Source of the DNA: a bacterium
GTDB taxonomy: Bacteria > UBA8248 > JACPRG01 > G963555815
Reading direction: 5' to 3'
NCBI GenBank assembly: GCA_965261595.1
Contig: CBDHDG010000006.1
Span: 1,440,001-1,504,000 of the forward strand
Length of the DNA stretch: 64,000 bases
The notes beneath the pieces are model-generated. The model saw only the letters and a program-made list of their open reading frames with translations, was not told the DNA's origin and ran no database searches. Within the stretch, counting starts at the first letter, position 1. Every line of letters starts with the position of its first letter. The position numbers and the translations under genes were made by a program. Shown here piece by piece: positions 1-10,220 of this stretch.

Positions 1-541
1 TGTTGAACCCGAGCATAATCACCTCCCAGACCTCATCATGCACGGCGCGCTGGAGCATTCGCTGCTCATGGTCATGGGGCGACGTCTCGGTGATCCCCAG
101 GTGGCGGAATTTCCCCTTCTCCTTTTCCCTCAGCAAGACCGGCGCAATCTCGCGCAACGCGTGATCATAAGCCGAAGGGGACACACCGTGCAGTTGAAAT
201 ATGTCAATGAAGTCGATGTCGAGTTGGCGCAGTGAGCTATCGAGGCTCTCGACCACCCGGGCGGGCCGAGAAGGGATGTCCGCGCGCGGGATCAATGCTT
301 TGGTGGCGACCACAACGTCGTCACGGCGCACCGCCTTGATCGCTTTGCCGACGATGGCTTCCGTGCCGTAGACCGGCGCGGTGTCCAGCAGATTCACGCC
401 CATATCCAACGCCTGCCGCACAAGCGCGACGGCTTCCGCCTCCGTCTTCCCTTTCGCCAGCCCCAAACGGCTGTTGCCGCCGCAGCCGAGACCGGCGACA
501 CTCACGCGGAGTCCTGTTTTTCCAAGTGTGACGTACTCCAT
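1..541 (-). CDS. Aldo/keto reductase, runs off the window start (missing from the ORF track)
   Basis: Manual translation from ATG at 541: MEYVTLGKTGLRVSVAGLGCGG...LDMGVNLLDTAPVYGTE...VVATK...SLRQLDIDFIDIFQLH, which carries the AKR DTAxxYG and DxxxxH motifs. Confidence 0.9.
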   Translation of the reverse strand, partial: MEYVTLGKTGLRVSVAGLGCGGNSRLGLAKGKTEAEAVALVRQALDMGVNLLDTAPVYGTEAIVGKAIKAVRRDDVVVATKALIPRADIPSRPARVVESLDSSLRQLDIDFIDIFQLHGVSPSAYDHALREIAPVLLREKEKGKFRHLGITETSPHDHEQRMLQRAVHDEVWEVIMLGFN

Positions 542-663
542 CCGGCGGAGTCACCCCATAGAATTATTCTGGATTTAGAATTCTGGAATTTTAACAGGAG
601 TTGCACTCACCGACGCACAATTTGCATCAAGGAGGTTTTCGGGACCCGACGATGATGGGAGAG

Positions 664-748
664 AAGGCGGGCAAGATGCCCGCCCTACCTGTTCTGAATA
701 CACCGGATTTACACCGTTCGGCAGGCCGGGCATCCTGCCCGGCCGGAA
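664..748. repeat. REP-like palindrome doublet (GTAG type), copy 1
   Basis: Two hairpins, GGCGGGCAAGATGCCCGCC-CTAC and GCAG-GCCGGGCATCCTGCCCGGCC, separated by a ~33 nt spacer; homologous copy at 34480-34583. Confidence 0.75.
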
Positions 749-825
749 TGGGAAGATTCAGGCACGATCTGCAAAACCATTTACGAGACTCTACACGGGC
801 ACCGGCCGAGTCGCGCGGGCCGGGC

Positions 826-1329
826 TCAAGCGCCGAGCTCCTCATCGAGGATTTCGTGGATGTAGCGCTCCAGCGAGACCGGGTAGAACTTGGCGTCGGG
901 CGAGAGGATCACCCCGGTGTCGATGACCTCCATCCGCATCAATTCGTCCAGGGCGCGGTCGAGGTGCGACTTGGGGTCGGTGTTCACCTTCTGGATCTTC
1001 AGGTCGTCGTTCTCCAACTGGATTTGCGGCCGGGATGAATACAGGAAGCTGAATATCCGCCCGACCAGCATCCGGTCCATGACCTCGTTTTCCTCGAACA
1101 CCTCTCCGTAAGTCTGTTTCGATCCGCCGGGCGAGATCACCATCCGGGGGGAGACGCGGATCTTCCCCCGGACTTCGACGGACCGCTCGCTCCCGCCGGC
1201 CTCCGGCCCGGCGAGGATATACGGCAGGGTGTGATACCCGGAGATGATCCCGGAGAGCGGCTTCCGGATGACCTGGGTCTTCTCGAAAACGCTCTTCAGA
1301 TATTGCCGATCCAATCCGTCTTCAAACAT
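826..1329 (-). CDS. Hypothetical protein (167 aa)
   Basis: Clean ORF with protein-like composition, co-oriented with the upstream peptidase; no family recognised. Confidence 0.75.
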   Translation of the reverse strand: MFEDGLDRQYLKSVFEKTQVIRKPLSGIISGYHTLPYILAGPEAGGSERSVEVRGKIRVSPRMVISPGGSKQTYGEVFEENEVMDRMLVGRIFSFLYSSRPQIQLENDDLKIQKVNTDPKSHLDRALDELMRMEVIDTGVILSPDAKFYPVSLERYIHEILDEELGA

Positions 1330-1398
1330 TCGCGCTCACCCGTTGAATCCTCTCAGATTGTCTTTATCCCGAGCCGCCGACCGCCGGCGCGGGAGAAC

Positions 1399-2704
1399 CT
1401 ATCCGCAAAGATCGTACGCCGCCAGGGCGTACCCCTTCGTGACTTTGGCCAGGTTGGCGACGTTCAGGCACTCCCCTTTGGCGCCGTCGTACATGGAGTA
1501 TACGCCCGCGGGGGTGACCCCCCCGGCCCCGTACGTGATGCTCGTACAACCGTATTCGGAGATCGGCCCCCGTCGCTCGAGACGGAATAGCGCGCCGGCT
1601 CCGGATAAAGAGGCTCCTTGCCGAACACCTCTTTATGGATCCCGTGCATCGTCTTGACCAGCTCGTGATCGGGCGAGGTCTCGTACCCGTTGCTCACCAT
1701 GTAGAAATCGACCTCGGCGTGCAGCTCGGGGTCCTTCTTCTCCAACCGGTCCAGATAACCCAGCAGGTCGTTCCGGACATCCACCGGCGTCACCCCCGGC
1801 AGGGTGGTGATGTGAACGTACAGCGTGCAGGAGGGCGCCGGGCAGAAGGAGGGTTTATAAGGGAGCCCCCCTCGATCGCGCCGATGCCGACGGAGACCAG
1901 CATGAAGGGATGCGGATGTCCGGCCCGGTATTCGGCCTCCCAACCCTTCAGGCCCTCACGGATCTTGACCATCTTCTCGATGGCGTCCACGCCCTTGTCC
2001 TTGCTGAAGGTGTGCTGGCCGACGCCTTCGGTCATGATTTTCGCGAAGATGTAACCGGTGTTGCCCATTTGAATCCGCATGCCGGTCGGCTCGCCGATGA
2101 TGGCCAGGTCCGCCACGCAGCCGTGGGCCATCAGAAACCGGGCGCCGCTGCCCCCGCCCCGGTAACCGATGCCCTGGTAATGGCTGACCGGGGCCTTTTC
2201 AATCTCCCCCACGACCCCCGTGATCAGGATGTCTCCGCTCAGCTCCGCCCCCGTCTCCATCAGGGCCTCGACGGCGCCGATGTAGCCGGCGAAGGCGTTC
2301 TTCATGTTGGAGGCCCCCAGGCCGTAAATCCAATCCCCCTGCCGGACCGCCCTGGATTGCTGGCCCGGAATCCTGTCGGCGTCGGTGGCCGAGGTGTCGA
2401 AATGGGCGTTGAACATCAGATTGCGGCCCCGGCCCCGGCCCCGGCCCTTGCCGCGCAGACGCGCGGTGACGTTGTTGCGTCCCGCCTCGACTTCCTGGAC
2501 ACTCACCTCCAGGCCGATGCGCTCGAACTCTTTGGCCAGGAAATCGGAGATTTTCGCTTCGCCGCCCGTCGGGCTGGGGATGTCGGTGAGCTGCTCGGTG
2601 ATCTCTCCGACCCGGGCCTTGCTGACGGCCTTGGCGATTCTCTGCCGGATCGACCCCTTGGCCGTTTTTCCCCGCTTCACGGCTGGACCCGCTTTCTTTG
2701 CCAT
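1399..2704 (-). pseudogene. M20/ArgE-DapE family metallopeptidase/deacylase with two frameshifts (~1860, ~1565)
   Basis: Motifs LMFNAHFDT, IYGLGASNMK, VVGEIEK and IIGEPT; coding continues across ORFs 1790..2731 and 1464..1943, then in a third frame to TAG at 1399-1401. Could be sequencing indels. Confidence 0.8.
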
Positions 2705-2776
2705 TGGATTCCTCTCAGGCCTTGATTCCACAACCCGGCGCCGCGTCGGAATGAATCCGAACGACTCCCTCCCGGC

Positions 2777-3430
2777 TCACGGATCATAAACGATCATCTT
2801 CATGGGACTCGGATGATAACCGGTTCCCGGATTATTTTCCTGCGGACAGTTGGAGATGCCCGCGAGCACGTCCATCTCCGCCCGCAGGTCCGCGTAGTCG
2901 CCCGGGCGGGTCGGCGTCGGCCGGATCTCGAACGTCCCGTCGGGGTCGTAAGAGACATTCAGAAAAAAGGTGAACGCGGCCCCGTCGTCGATGCGCCCGC
3001 GCGTGAAGCCGTGGGGCTTCAGGGCGTTTTCCAGATTCTCGGCGCAGCTTCGGGTCCCCCGGACGCCGTAGCGGTTAAAATTGGCTTCCTCGCAACAGTA
3101 TCCCCCGCCCATGAAATGGACCCCCACGGTGTCCTCGACAATCGTGTACATGGGGTTGCAGTGGTTGGTGTAGAGGATGTGGCCTTTGGTGGGCTTCCAC
3201 GTCTTGTTGATGAAGTTGCTCCAAACGACCGACAGCTTTTCCTCGAAGGGGTCCGCCAGACTGAACGAGGCGTAGTCGAGCACCTGCACGCCCTCCAGGT
3301 CGATCACCCGGACACATTGACCTTTCTTCAAGGTGAGGTCGCAATATTCCCGGGCGGGAACTACGATCTCGCGGACCGCCTTTCCCGGAACCTCATGCGC
3401 CCGCTCCAGCCTCTCTTTGTCCTCTGGCAT
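2777..3430 (-). CDS. Urea-carboxylase-associated (DUF1989) family protein
   Basis: VIDLEGVQVLD, EDTVGVH..GGYC, SCAENL, LRAEMDVLAGISNCPQENNP. Confidence 0.85.
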   Translation of the reverse strand: MPEDKERLERAHEVPGKAVREIVVPAREYCDLTLKKGQCVRVIDLEGVQVLDYASFSLADPFEEKLSVVWSNFINKTWKPTKGHILYTNHCNPMYTIVEDTVGVHFMGGGYCCEEANFNRYGVRGTRSCAENLENALKPHGFTRGRIDDGAAFTFFLNVSYDPDGTFEIRPTPTRPGDYADLRAEMDVLAGISNCPQENNPGTGYHPSPMKMIVYDP

Positions 3431-3585
3431 GGCCGACCCCTTCCAAGTCGTAAAACCAGCCGGGCCCCGTTGAACGTAAGCGGCCCGAGGTCACGGGATT
3501 CTCTTACATTCCGCCTCCGGGTTCAATCACCTCCGGACGCGCCGGGTTCCGCGCGGCAAGCCCGGGAAGATCAATGGGACAGCGC

Positions 3586-4284
3586 CTACGCCTCGCGAGC
3601 GCGAGGTGGAATCAATCCAACGGCCAAGGCGATCCGTCCCACCCGGCTCTCGGGGACAATCAGTGAATTCCGGCGGGACTCCCCCCCGGAGGCCAGAATG
3701 GCCGCCGCCTCCGAGGCGCATTCGACACCGCCCGCGTTCGGCGGATCGGAGACGGCTTGAAGCCGTTCCGGCGCAATCCACTCGAAAGGGAGGCGAGAAT
3801 TTTCGGCAAAAGCCGCCAGGGCGTCCTTCCCCGCGTCCGCTTCCGGCGCGGCCAGCCCGGCCGCCGATCCCGATGCCAATCCGGACTGGCGAAGCACCTG
3901 AGAAACGGCCCGTTCCACCTCATCCGCGGAAATCTCGCCCCCGCCCCCCCCTTCCCCCTCCGACTCAAAACCGAGGGTCAGATTCTTCGGGCGAATCACG
4001 GCGACGGGGAAACCAAGGTGTTTCAGGTCCTCATCGACGAGTCTATGCGTAACGAGAAACGCGGCCTCCCAGTTCCCCCCCCCCCGTTTCAGACCTTGAA
4101 TATCCTCCACCACATCGACCCGGCCCGTGGCGCCCGACAGGAGATCCCCCCGCGCCCCATACTCCGTGCAAAACCCGACGCGGCCGCCGGCCCGCAGGAC
4201 GGCTTCCGCCGAATGCACGGCGTCTTCATCTTCCATCCCCCATCCGAAATTCCGGGCCAGCGAGGCAAGCGTGACTTTATTCAT
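3586..4284 (-). CDS. cbiG: CbiG-like cobalamin biosynthesis protein (central and C-terminal domains only)
   Basis: VIRPKNLTLG and GVECASEAAAILAS...RIALAVG resemble the CbiG mid and C-terminal regions; N-terminal domain absent. Confidence 0.6.
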   Translation of the reverse strand: MNKVTLASLARNFGWGMEDEDAVHSAEAVLRAGGRVGFCTEYGARGDLLSGATGRVDVVEDIQGLKRGGGNWEAAFLVTHRLVDEDLKHLGFPVAVIRPKNLTLGFESEGEGGGGGEISADEVERAVSQVLRQSGLASGSAAGLAAPEADAGKDALAAFAENSRLPFEWIAPERLQAVSDPPNAGGVECASEAAAILASGGESRRNSLIVPESRVGRIALAVGLIPPRAREA

Positions 4285-4677
4285 CGGGGGATTCGCTCAT
4301 CCAACCGGCGCGCATCCGGGCGCTCGATCCCGCAATTCCTTGAAAATGGGCGGTATCCTCCGCCCGGGAGGCGGCCGGAGGTTTGCCATTCGCGCTGATT
4401 GTCGATTCCATCATGGCCGTTTTTCCACTCCCAACAGGCTTTCGAGTTGAATATATCGGCGATCAGGAATCGAATCAAGAAAAGCCCCCTAAATTCCGCG
4501 TTCGCGGCGCTCCATCGGGGGTTGAGAAAAGACATATCCGGGCGTTTTCATTGACATCTTCATGATTTGTCACGACGATATAAATTGAATGGCGGCGGGG
4601 GTTGCCCGCCGAAACGATAAAACCGAATTCCGAATCCTGGATTTTCTTTTGCCGTCTTCAAACGGGGAGGCACCACA

Positions 4678-5427
4678 ATGAGCCGCAGGGTGCCCATCCA
4701 CTTCCTATGCGTTTTGGGGACGGCGACGTTGCTCGCCGCGGGCTGTGCACAGCAAACCGGGCCGGGCTCGGCCGGACCCGGTTCGAGCAGCTTCGAAGCG
4801 GCCGACACGCCCACGATGTGAATCCAGAGAGTCTCGGCAAAATTCAGAGGAAAAAAGGTCGCGGTCTTCCCCTTCATCAGCAAGGCCCTCTCCCAATACC
4901 GATTCCTCGGCAACGCCTCTTCGGATTACTTGCTCGAAATGCTTCAGGAGGCGGGGTTTCGAACGGTCGAGGGCGCCACAACCCCCGGCATGAAGCGGGT
5001 GATGGGCGAGCTTCGCTTCGGCCTCTCGGATATGGTGAGCAGCAAAACCGCGGTCGAGGCCGGACAACACCTCGGCACGGATTTCGTCTTCCTGGGCTCC
5101 GTCACCGATTTCAACATCGTGAAGGGAAAGAGCTCCAAGGGGATTTCATTCCGCGGCATCGGCGTCGGGGGAAGCTCCGAATCCATCACCTACACCGTTC
5201 AATCCGCCGGGCGATTCATCGACGTGAGAACCCGCGAGATCCTCGCCGCCACGACATCCACTTACCGAAAGAAGTTCAAGGCCTCCGGCGGACGCATCCA
5301 GACTCCTTGGGGGTCCATCGGGAGCTCGGAAAGCGTCAAAGTCATCAATGAGACCGGCGGACGGATTCTGCAACTGGGCCTCAACCGGATGATGAACAAG
5401 GTGGTCCGCAGGCTCAATTCGTTGTAA
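4678..5427 (+). pseudogene. CsgG/HfaB-like lipoprotein with an in-frame TGA at 4819-4821
   Basis: RBS GGAGG, then ATG 4678 and lipobox LLAAG-C; same frame as ORF 4930..5427 (VAVFPF, GSVTDF, RFIDVRTREIL). Confidence 0.65.
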
Positions 5428-5509
5428 TCCATCCCATGGCAGGATGGACCCGTCACCTTGCTTTTCCCGGTGGAAGGTGCGTCCGAATTTTCGGAGGAAA
5501 GACAAGGCT

Positions 5510-5719
5510 ATGATTCGGAATCTTCGCTTCCTCCTCCTCGCGGGGACCGTGGGCTTTATGGCCGCGCTGACAGGCTGCGCCGCTCAAGGGGGAGGGGGGA
5601 CCTCCCTCAGCGAGCTCATCCAAAAGGAAAAGTTCAACCTGTCCGGCGAAAGCGAACAAACCCTCTATTCCATTTTTTTGAGCATTCGCGAATTGGAAGA
5701 CATCGACCGGCCTCAATGA
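5510..5719 (+). CDS. Small putative lipoprotein, possibly truncated
   Basis: RBS GGAGG; hydrophobic signal peptide ending in lipobox LTG-C. Confidence 0.5.
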   Translation: MIRNLRFLLLAGTVGFMAALTGCAAQGGGGTSLSELIQKEKFNLSGESEQTLYSIFLSIRELEDIDRPQ

Positions 5720-5814
5720 CTTCGCTCCGCGCCCGTCGCACGTCCCTCGCCTCCTTTCCTCCGTGAGCGGCGATCTCCCGGACGCTTCCCGTATCCAGTT
5801 GAGCTCATCGGGCG

Positions 5815-6147
5815 CTAACGCACGTAGCGAATCTCAAGCGTGACGCACCCCTCCTCCGTCCGGTAGGGGCCGTGCTTCATCCCCGGAGGCCGGCAGGCGT
5901 ACATTCCTTTCTTGAGATGCCGGTCGCCGTCCCACTGGCTGCCTTCGAGGATGTACACCTCTTCCCAGAAATCGTGGACGAACGTCTCGGTGCTCGCGGC
6001 CCCGGGGTCCGCCTTGAGCAGGCGGGTGATGAACATCTTCTCCGGCTCCTCGCTCAGGATCTTTTGGTTGTGGCCCGGCGGGGAGCCCTCGACGGGCGTC
6101 CATTCCAACTCCTCCACCGGAAAGAATTCTCGCTCGGTTTTCGGCAT
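5815..6147 (-). CDS. Cupin domain protein (ChrR/cupin_7-like)
   Basis: HDFWEEVYILEG...GMYACRPPGMKHGPY cupin motifs. Confidence 0.85.
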   Translation of the reverse strand: MPKTEREFFPVEELEWTPVEGSPPGHNQKILSEEPEKMFITRLLKADPGAASTETFVHDFWEEVYILEGSQWDGDRHLKKGMYACRPPGMKHGPYRTEEGCVTLEIRYVR

Positions 6148-6411
6148 GGCGGAAACTCCCTGACCAGTTGGCGTGAAATCCGCCGCGCCGCCTCAATCGG
6201 CGCCGTCGTCGGGCCGTTCGAAGCCGCGCGGCCATACATGAAAACGGAACCAGGAACGGAAAAACCAGCCTCAATGCCGGACCCGGACCCGACCTTGACT
6301 AAAACACCCTCGTCATCCGCGCCGTTTGATATGGAAAATGCGGGATGATAGACTTCAGTCGTTTTTCCACTTTTAACCTGACCAAAATAAACGATCAAGG
6401 GAAAAGCAGGA

Positions 6412-8034
6412 ATGGACTTCCCCCTCACCCTCCCTGAGATTCTCGAACAGCGGACGCGGCGGAACGCCGACAAGGTCTTCCTGCGGTTCTCCGATGAAAC
6501 GCTCACGTACGAGGATTTCGATCGGAAATCGAACCAGGCGGCGAACGTCCTTACAGACATGGGGGTGAAAAAGGGAGACCGGGTATGCCTGATGCTGGGC
6601 AACCGTCCGGAGTTCCTCTACCTTTGGTTCGGCCTGGCGAAAATCGGCGGGGTCCTGGTCCCCGTCAACACCGCCTTTAAAGGACAGGAAGCCGCTTACG
6701 TCATCAACCACTCCGAGGCGGCGGCGGTCTTCACCGAGTCCTCATTCGCGGAGGTCTTGGCGGGCGTCCAGTCCGAATGCCCCTCGGTCCGCCGATGGCT
6801 CGGCCTCGACACGGCCGGGGATGGCCGCTTCCTCCCTTACGCCGACCTCCTGGATGAAGCGGGGGAGGACGCCCCCGGGGTGAAAATCTCCGAGACCGAC
6901 CTTCTTTCCATCATCTACACCTCCGGGACGACGGGCCGGCCGAAAGGCGCGATGCACAGCCACAGGACGTATGTCCTGGCCGGTTGGGCGTTCACCCGGC
7001 GGATGGACCTGAATTCCACGGACACCGTTTTGGCCTTCATGCCTTTGTTTCACATCAACGCCCAGATCTACTCGGCCATGGGGACCCTGCTGGCCGAGGC
7101 CACGCTGGCCCTCCTCCCCCGGTTCAGTCTGAGCCGTTTCTGGGACGACGCCCGGCGCCACAAAGCAACAAAATTCAACTGTCCCGTCGCCGCCGGCCAC
7201 CTCCTGGCCAAGCGGCCGCCCTCGAACCGGGATCGGGACCACTCCTTGAAGATGGTGTTCATCGGCCCGCTCCGGGAGGACCTGGCGGAGGCATTCGAGA
7301 AACGCTTCGGCATCCTGCCCATCGACGGCTACGGGATGACCGAGTGTCCGAACATCTGCCAGAACCCCCATGACGGAGTCCGGAAGATCGGCAGCATGGG
7401 GACGCCGGCCGTCTTTCCGGATCCTTCCATTCCCCTGACGGAGATGAAGCTGGTGGACGGCGACAGCCGGGAGGCGCCGGTTGGGACCGTTCCGGTCGGG
7501 ACCGTTGGCGAAGTCGCGGTGCGGAGCCCGCTTCTCACGCTGGGCTATTACAAGGACCCGGATCGCACGGCCGAGGCCATGAAGGGCGGCTGGTTCCACA
7601 CCGGGGACAACGCCTACCGGGACGAGGACGGCTACTACTATTTTGTCGACAGGAAGAAGGACGTCATCCGCAGGCGCGGGGAGAACATCTCCTCGGCCGA
7701 GGTGGAGCTCGTCCTCTTCTCGCATCCCGACGTGACCGAAGCCGCCGTCATCCCGGTTCCGTCCGAGCTGGGCGAAGACGAGGTCAAGGCCTGCATCGTC
7801 CCGGCCGAGGGCGCGGATTTGAAGCCGGCGTCCATCGTGGAATGGTGCGAAGCCCGCCTGGCCAAATTCAAGGTTCCGCGATATATCGAATTCCGGGAAA
7901 GCCTCCCCAAAACCCCGACCCAGAAGGTGGAAAAGTACGTCCTGCGCCGGGAAAAGACCGACCTGACGGAAGGCTGCTGGGATCGGGAGCGGGCAAAGGG
8001 CCAAGACGCGCTCAACAGGGGTGACCGGCCGTGA
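6412..8034 (+). CDS. ATP-dependent acyl-CoA ligase (CaiC-like)
   Basis: YTSGTTGRPKG, YGMTE, WFHTGD, DRKKDVIRRRGENIS, PKTPTQK. Confidence 0.92.
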   Translation: MDFPLTLPEILEQRTRRNADKVFLRFSDETLTYEDFDRKSNQAANVLTDMGVKKGDRVCLMLGNRPEFLYLWFGLAKIGGVLVPVNTAFKGQEAAYVINHSEAAAVFTESSFAEVLAGVQSECPSVRRWLGLDTAGDGRFLPYADLLDEAGEDAPGVKISETDLLSIIYTSGTTGRPKGAMHSHRTYVLAGWAFTRRMDLNSTDTVLAFMPLFHINAQIYSAMGTLLAEATLALLPRFSLSRFWDDARRHKATKFNCPVAAGHLLAKRPPSNRDRDHSLKMVFIGPLREDLAEAFEKRFGILPIDGYGMTECPNICQNPHDGVRKIGSMGTPAVFPDPSIPLTEMKLVDGDSREAPVGTVPVGTVGEVAVRSPLLTLGYYKDPDRTAEAMKGGWFHTGDNAYRDEDGYYYFVDRKKDVIRRRGENISSAEVELVLFSHPDVTEAAVIPVPSELGEDEVKACIVPAEGADLKPASIVEWCEARLAKFKVPRYIEFRESLPKTPTQKVEKYVLRREKTDLTEGCWDRERAKGQDALNRGDRP

Positions 8035-10220
8035 CGAACAACGCGAGCGAAGGGTTCATCATCTACCTCGATACGGGCGGCACGTTCTCCGACGCCGTGG
8101 TCGTCGATCCGGGAGGCCGCTTCGTCAGCGGCAAGTCGGCCACGACGCCGGACGACCTGGTGCAATGCTTCTTCGGCTGCATCGAGGACGCCGCCCGCAA
8201 GCTGGACACCGGCGTCCGGGACCTTCTCTCCAAGACCCGGATTCTCGGGTTCGGCACGACCGCCGGGACGAACGCCCTGATCACCCGGGTCGGCGGGCCC
8301 CGCCTGGGCCTCATCTGCACGCGGGGCGTCGAGGACACCACCCTCATCATGCGGATGGAGGGAAGGTGGGCCGGCCGCCCCCTTCAGGAGACCCTCCACA
8401 TCGCCGGGACGGACAAGCCTCTCCCCCTCATTCCCCGCAAGCGCATCCGGGGCGTAACCGAGCGGGTGGACAGCAAAGGGCGCGCGGCGATCCCCCTGGC
8501 CGAGGCGGAAGTCCGCGAGGCCATCGAGGCGCTTCTCGCCGACGGAGTCGAGGGCGTCGCCGTCTGTTTCCTCTGGTCCTTCCTGAACGACGCCCACGAG
8601 CGGCGCGCCCGGGAGATCATCCGTGAGGCGGCCCCCGGCCTGCCCGTCTCCATCTCGGCGGAGGTCGCGCCGGTCATTCGCGAGTATCCCCGTTTCATGT
8701 CGACGATCATCGACCTCTTCATCGGCCGGCCCGTCCAGAAGCTTTTCTCCACCATCGGCGAGCGGCTGGCCCAACACGGATACACCAAAGACCTGCTCGT
8801 GATGCAGGCCTCGGGGGGGCTTTCCCGCTCCGATGTCGTGCGGCCCATCACCACGCTCCACTCGGGACCGGTGGGCGGTCTCCTGGGCGTCGAGCACCTG
8901 AAGCGCCTCTACGGCGAGGCCTACGCCGTGGGGACGGACATGGGCGGGACCAGCTTCGACCTCAGCCTCTCCAAGCCGACCGGCTGGGAATACATCAAGA
9001 CCCCCGTCGTCGCCCGCTTCACCCTGGCCAACCCGATGCTGGGCATCGAGGCCATCGGCGCGGGAGGCGGGACGATCGCGAGCGTCGATCCCACCACCGC
9101 CGGCCTGCGGATCGGCCCCCGCAGCGCCGGGGCGGTTCCCGGGCCCGTCTGCTACGACCAGGGGGGGGAAGCGCCCACCGTCACGGACGCCGACCTGGTC
9201 CTGGGCCGCATCGACCCGGACTTCTTCCTCGACGGCGAGATGCCCCTGAACCGGGAGAAGGCCCGCGCCGCCATCGAGGAAAAGATCACCCGGCCCTTGG
9301 GGATCTCGGCCGAGGAGGCGGCCCTGGGGATCGTCCGGAGCATCGACGGGATCATGCAGAGCGCCATCCGGGCCTTTCTGAGCTGGAAGGGCGTAGACCC
9401 GAGGGAGACCGTCCTGTTCGCCTTCGGCGGGGCCGGACCGACCCATTGCGCCGGATACACGGACGGCCTGGGCGTCAAGCGGGTGGTCATCCCGCCCTTC
9501 GCCTCGACGTTTTCCGCCTTCGGGGCCTCGACGGCGGACGTGACCCGGCGGTTCGAGGCCTCGCCCTACCTGGTCATGCCGGACCTGCCGTACGACGTGA
9601 CCCGCCAGCGCTTCGACGTGCGCTCACTCGACGGGATCCCCCCGGCGACCCTGGAGCGCTTCAACAGGGCGATGGAGCGTCTGGAAGACCGCGCCCGGGA
9701 GGACATGGCCCGGGAGGGCTTCACCGGCGACGAACTGGAAATCCGTTATTTCCTCGAGATGCGCTACGGCGGCCAGCTCAACGAAACCACCTGCCCTTCC
9801 CCCATCGGGCGGATTCGGGAAGCGGCCGATCTTCAGGCGATCCTCCGCGCTTTCGAAGATGAATACGTCCGGCTCTTTCACCCCGGGACGCAATACCCCC
9901 GAGGGGGCGCGGAGATCATCACCGTCACCGTGGAAGCCGCCGCCCCGCCTGTCGCCAAGCCGGTCCTGGCGCCTCAGCCCCGCGACGGGACCGACCCCAA
10001 GGCTGCGCTCAAGGGAAAGCGAAACGTGTTGTTTCCCTCGGGTGGGCTGGAAACGGACATCTACGCCGCCGACAGATTGTCTCACGGCCACGAGATTCCG
10101 GGTCCGGCGATCATCGAGGGGAACGACACGACGGTCGTCGTCCCAGACACCCACCGGATTGCCGTGGACCCCTACCGGAACTTCATTCTGGAACCCCGGA
10201 CCCGAGGAGACCAGCCATGA
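8031..10220 (+). CDS. Hydantoinase A/oxoprolinase family subunit (acetone carboxylase AcxA-like)
   Basis: DTGGTFSD, SGPVGG, DMGGTSFD, IGAGGG, GPRSAGAVPGPVCY, PTVTDAD; GTGA overlap with the ligase gene. Confidence 0.92.
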   Translation: MTNNASEGFIIYLDTGGTFSDAVVVDPGGRFVSGKSATTPDDLVQCFFGCIEDAARKLDTGVRDLLSKTRILGFGTTAGTNALITRVGGPRLGLICTRGVEDTTLIMRMEGRWAGRPLQETLHIAGTDKPLPLIPRKRIRGVTERVDSKGRAAIPLAEAEVREAIEALLADGVEGVAVCFLWSFLNDAHERRAREIIREAAPGLPVSISAEVAPVIREYPRFMSTIIDLFIGRPVQKLFSTIGERLAQHGYTKDLLVMQASGGLSRSDVVRPITTLHSGPVGGLLGVEHLKRLYGEAYAVGTDMGGTSFDLSLSKPTGWEYIKTPVVARFTLANPMLGIEAIGAGGGTIASVDPTTAGLRIGPRSAGAVPGPVCYDQGGEAPTVTDADLVLGRIDPDFFLDGEMPLNREKARAAIEEKITRPLGISAEEAALGIVRSIDGIMQSAIRAFLSWKGVDPRETVLFAFGGAGPTHCAGYTDGLGVKRVVIPPFASTFSAFGASTADVTRRFEASPYLVMPDLPYDVTRQRFDVRSLDGIPPATLERFNRAMERLEDRAREDMAREGFTGDELEIRYFLEMRYGGQLNETTCPSPIGRIREAADLQAILRAFEDEYVRLFHPGTQYPRGGAEIITVTVEAAAPPVAKPVLAPQPRDGTDPKAALKGKRNVLFPSGGLETDIYAADRLSHGHEIPGPAIIEGNDTTVVVPDTHRIAVDPYRNFILEPRTRGDQP

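Noticed and set aside
3431..3585. Guanidine riboswitch upstream of the DUF1989 gene
   Set aside because: No recognisable guanidine-I/II/III consensus by eye; an Rfam scan would settle it
4551..4572. TGACA-N11-TGTCA palindrome upstream of the lipoprotein gene
   Set aside because: Single short occurrence; cannot be assigned to a regulator
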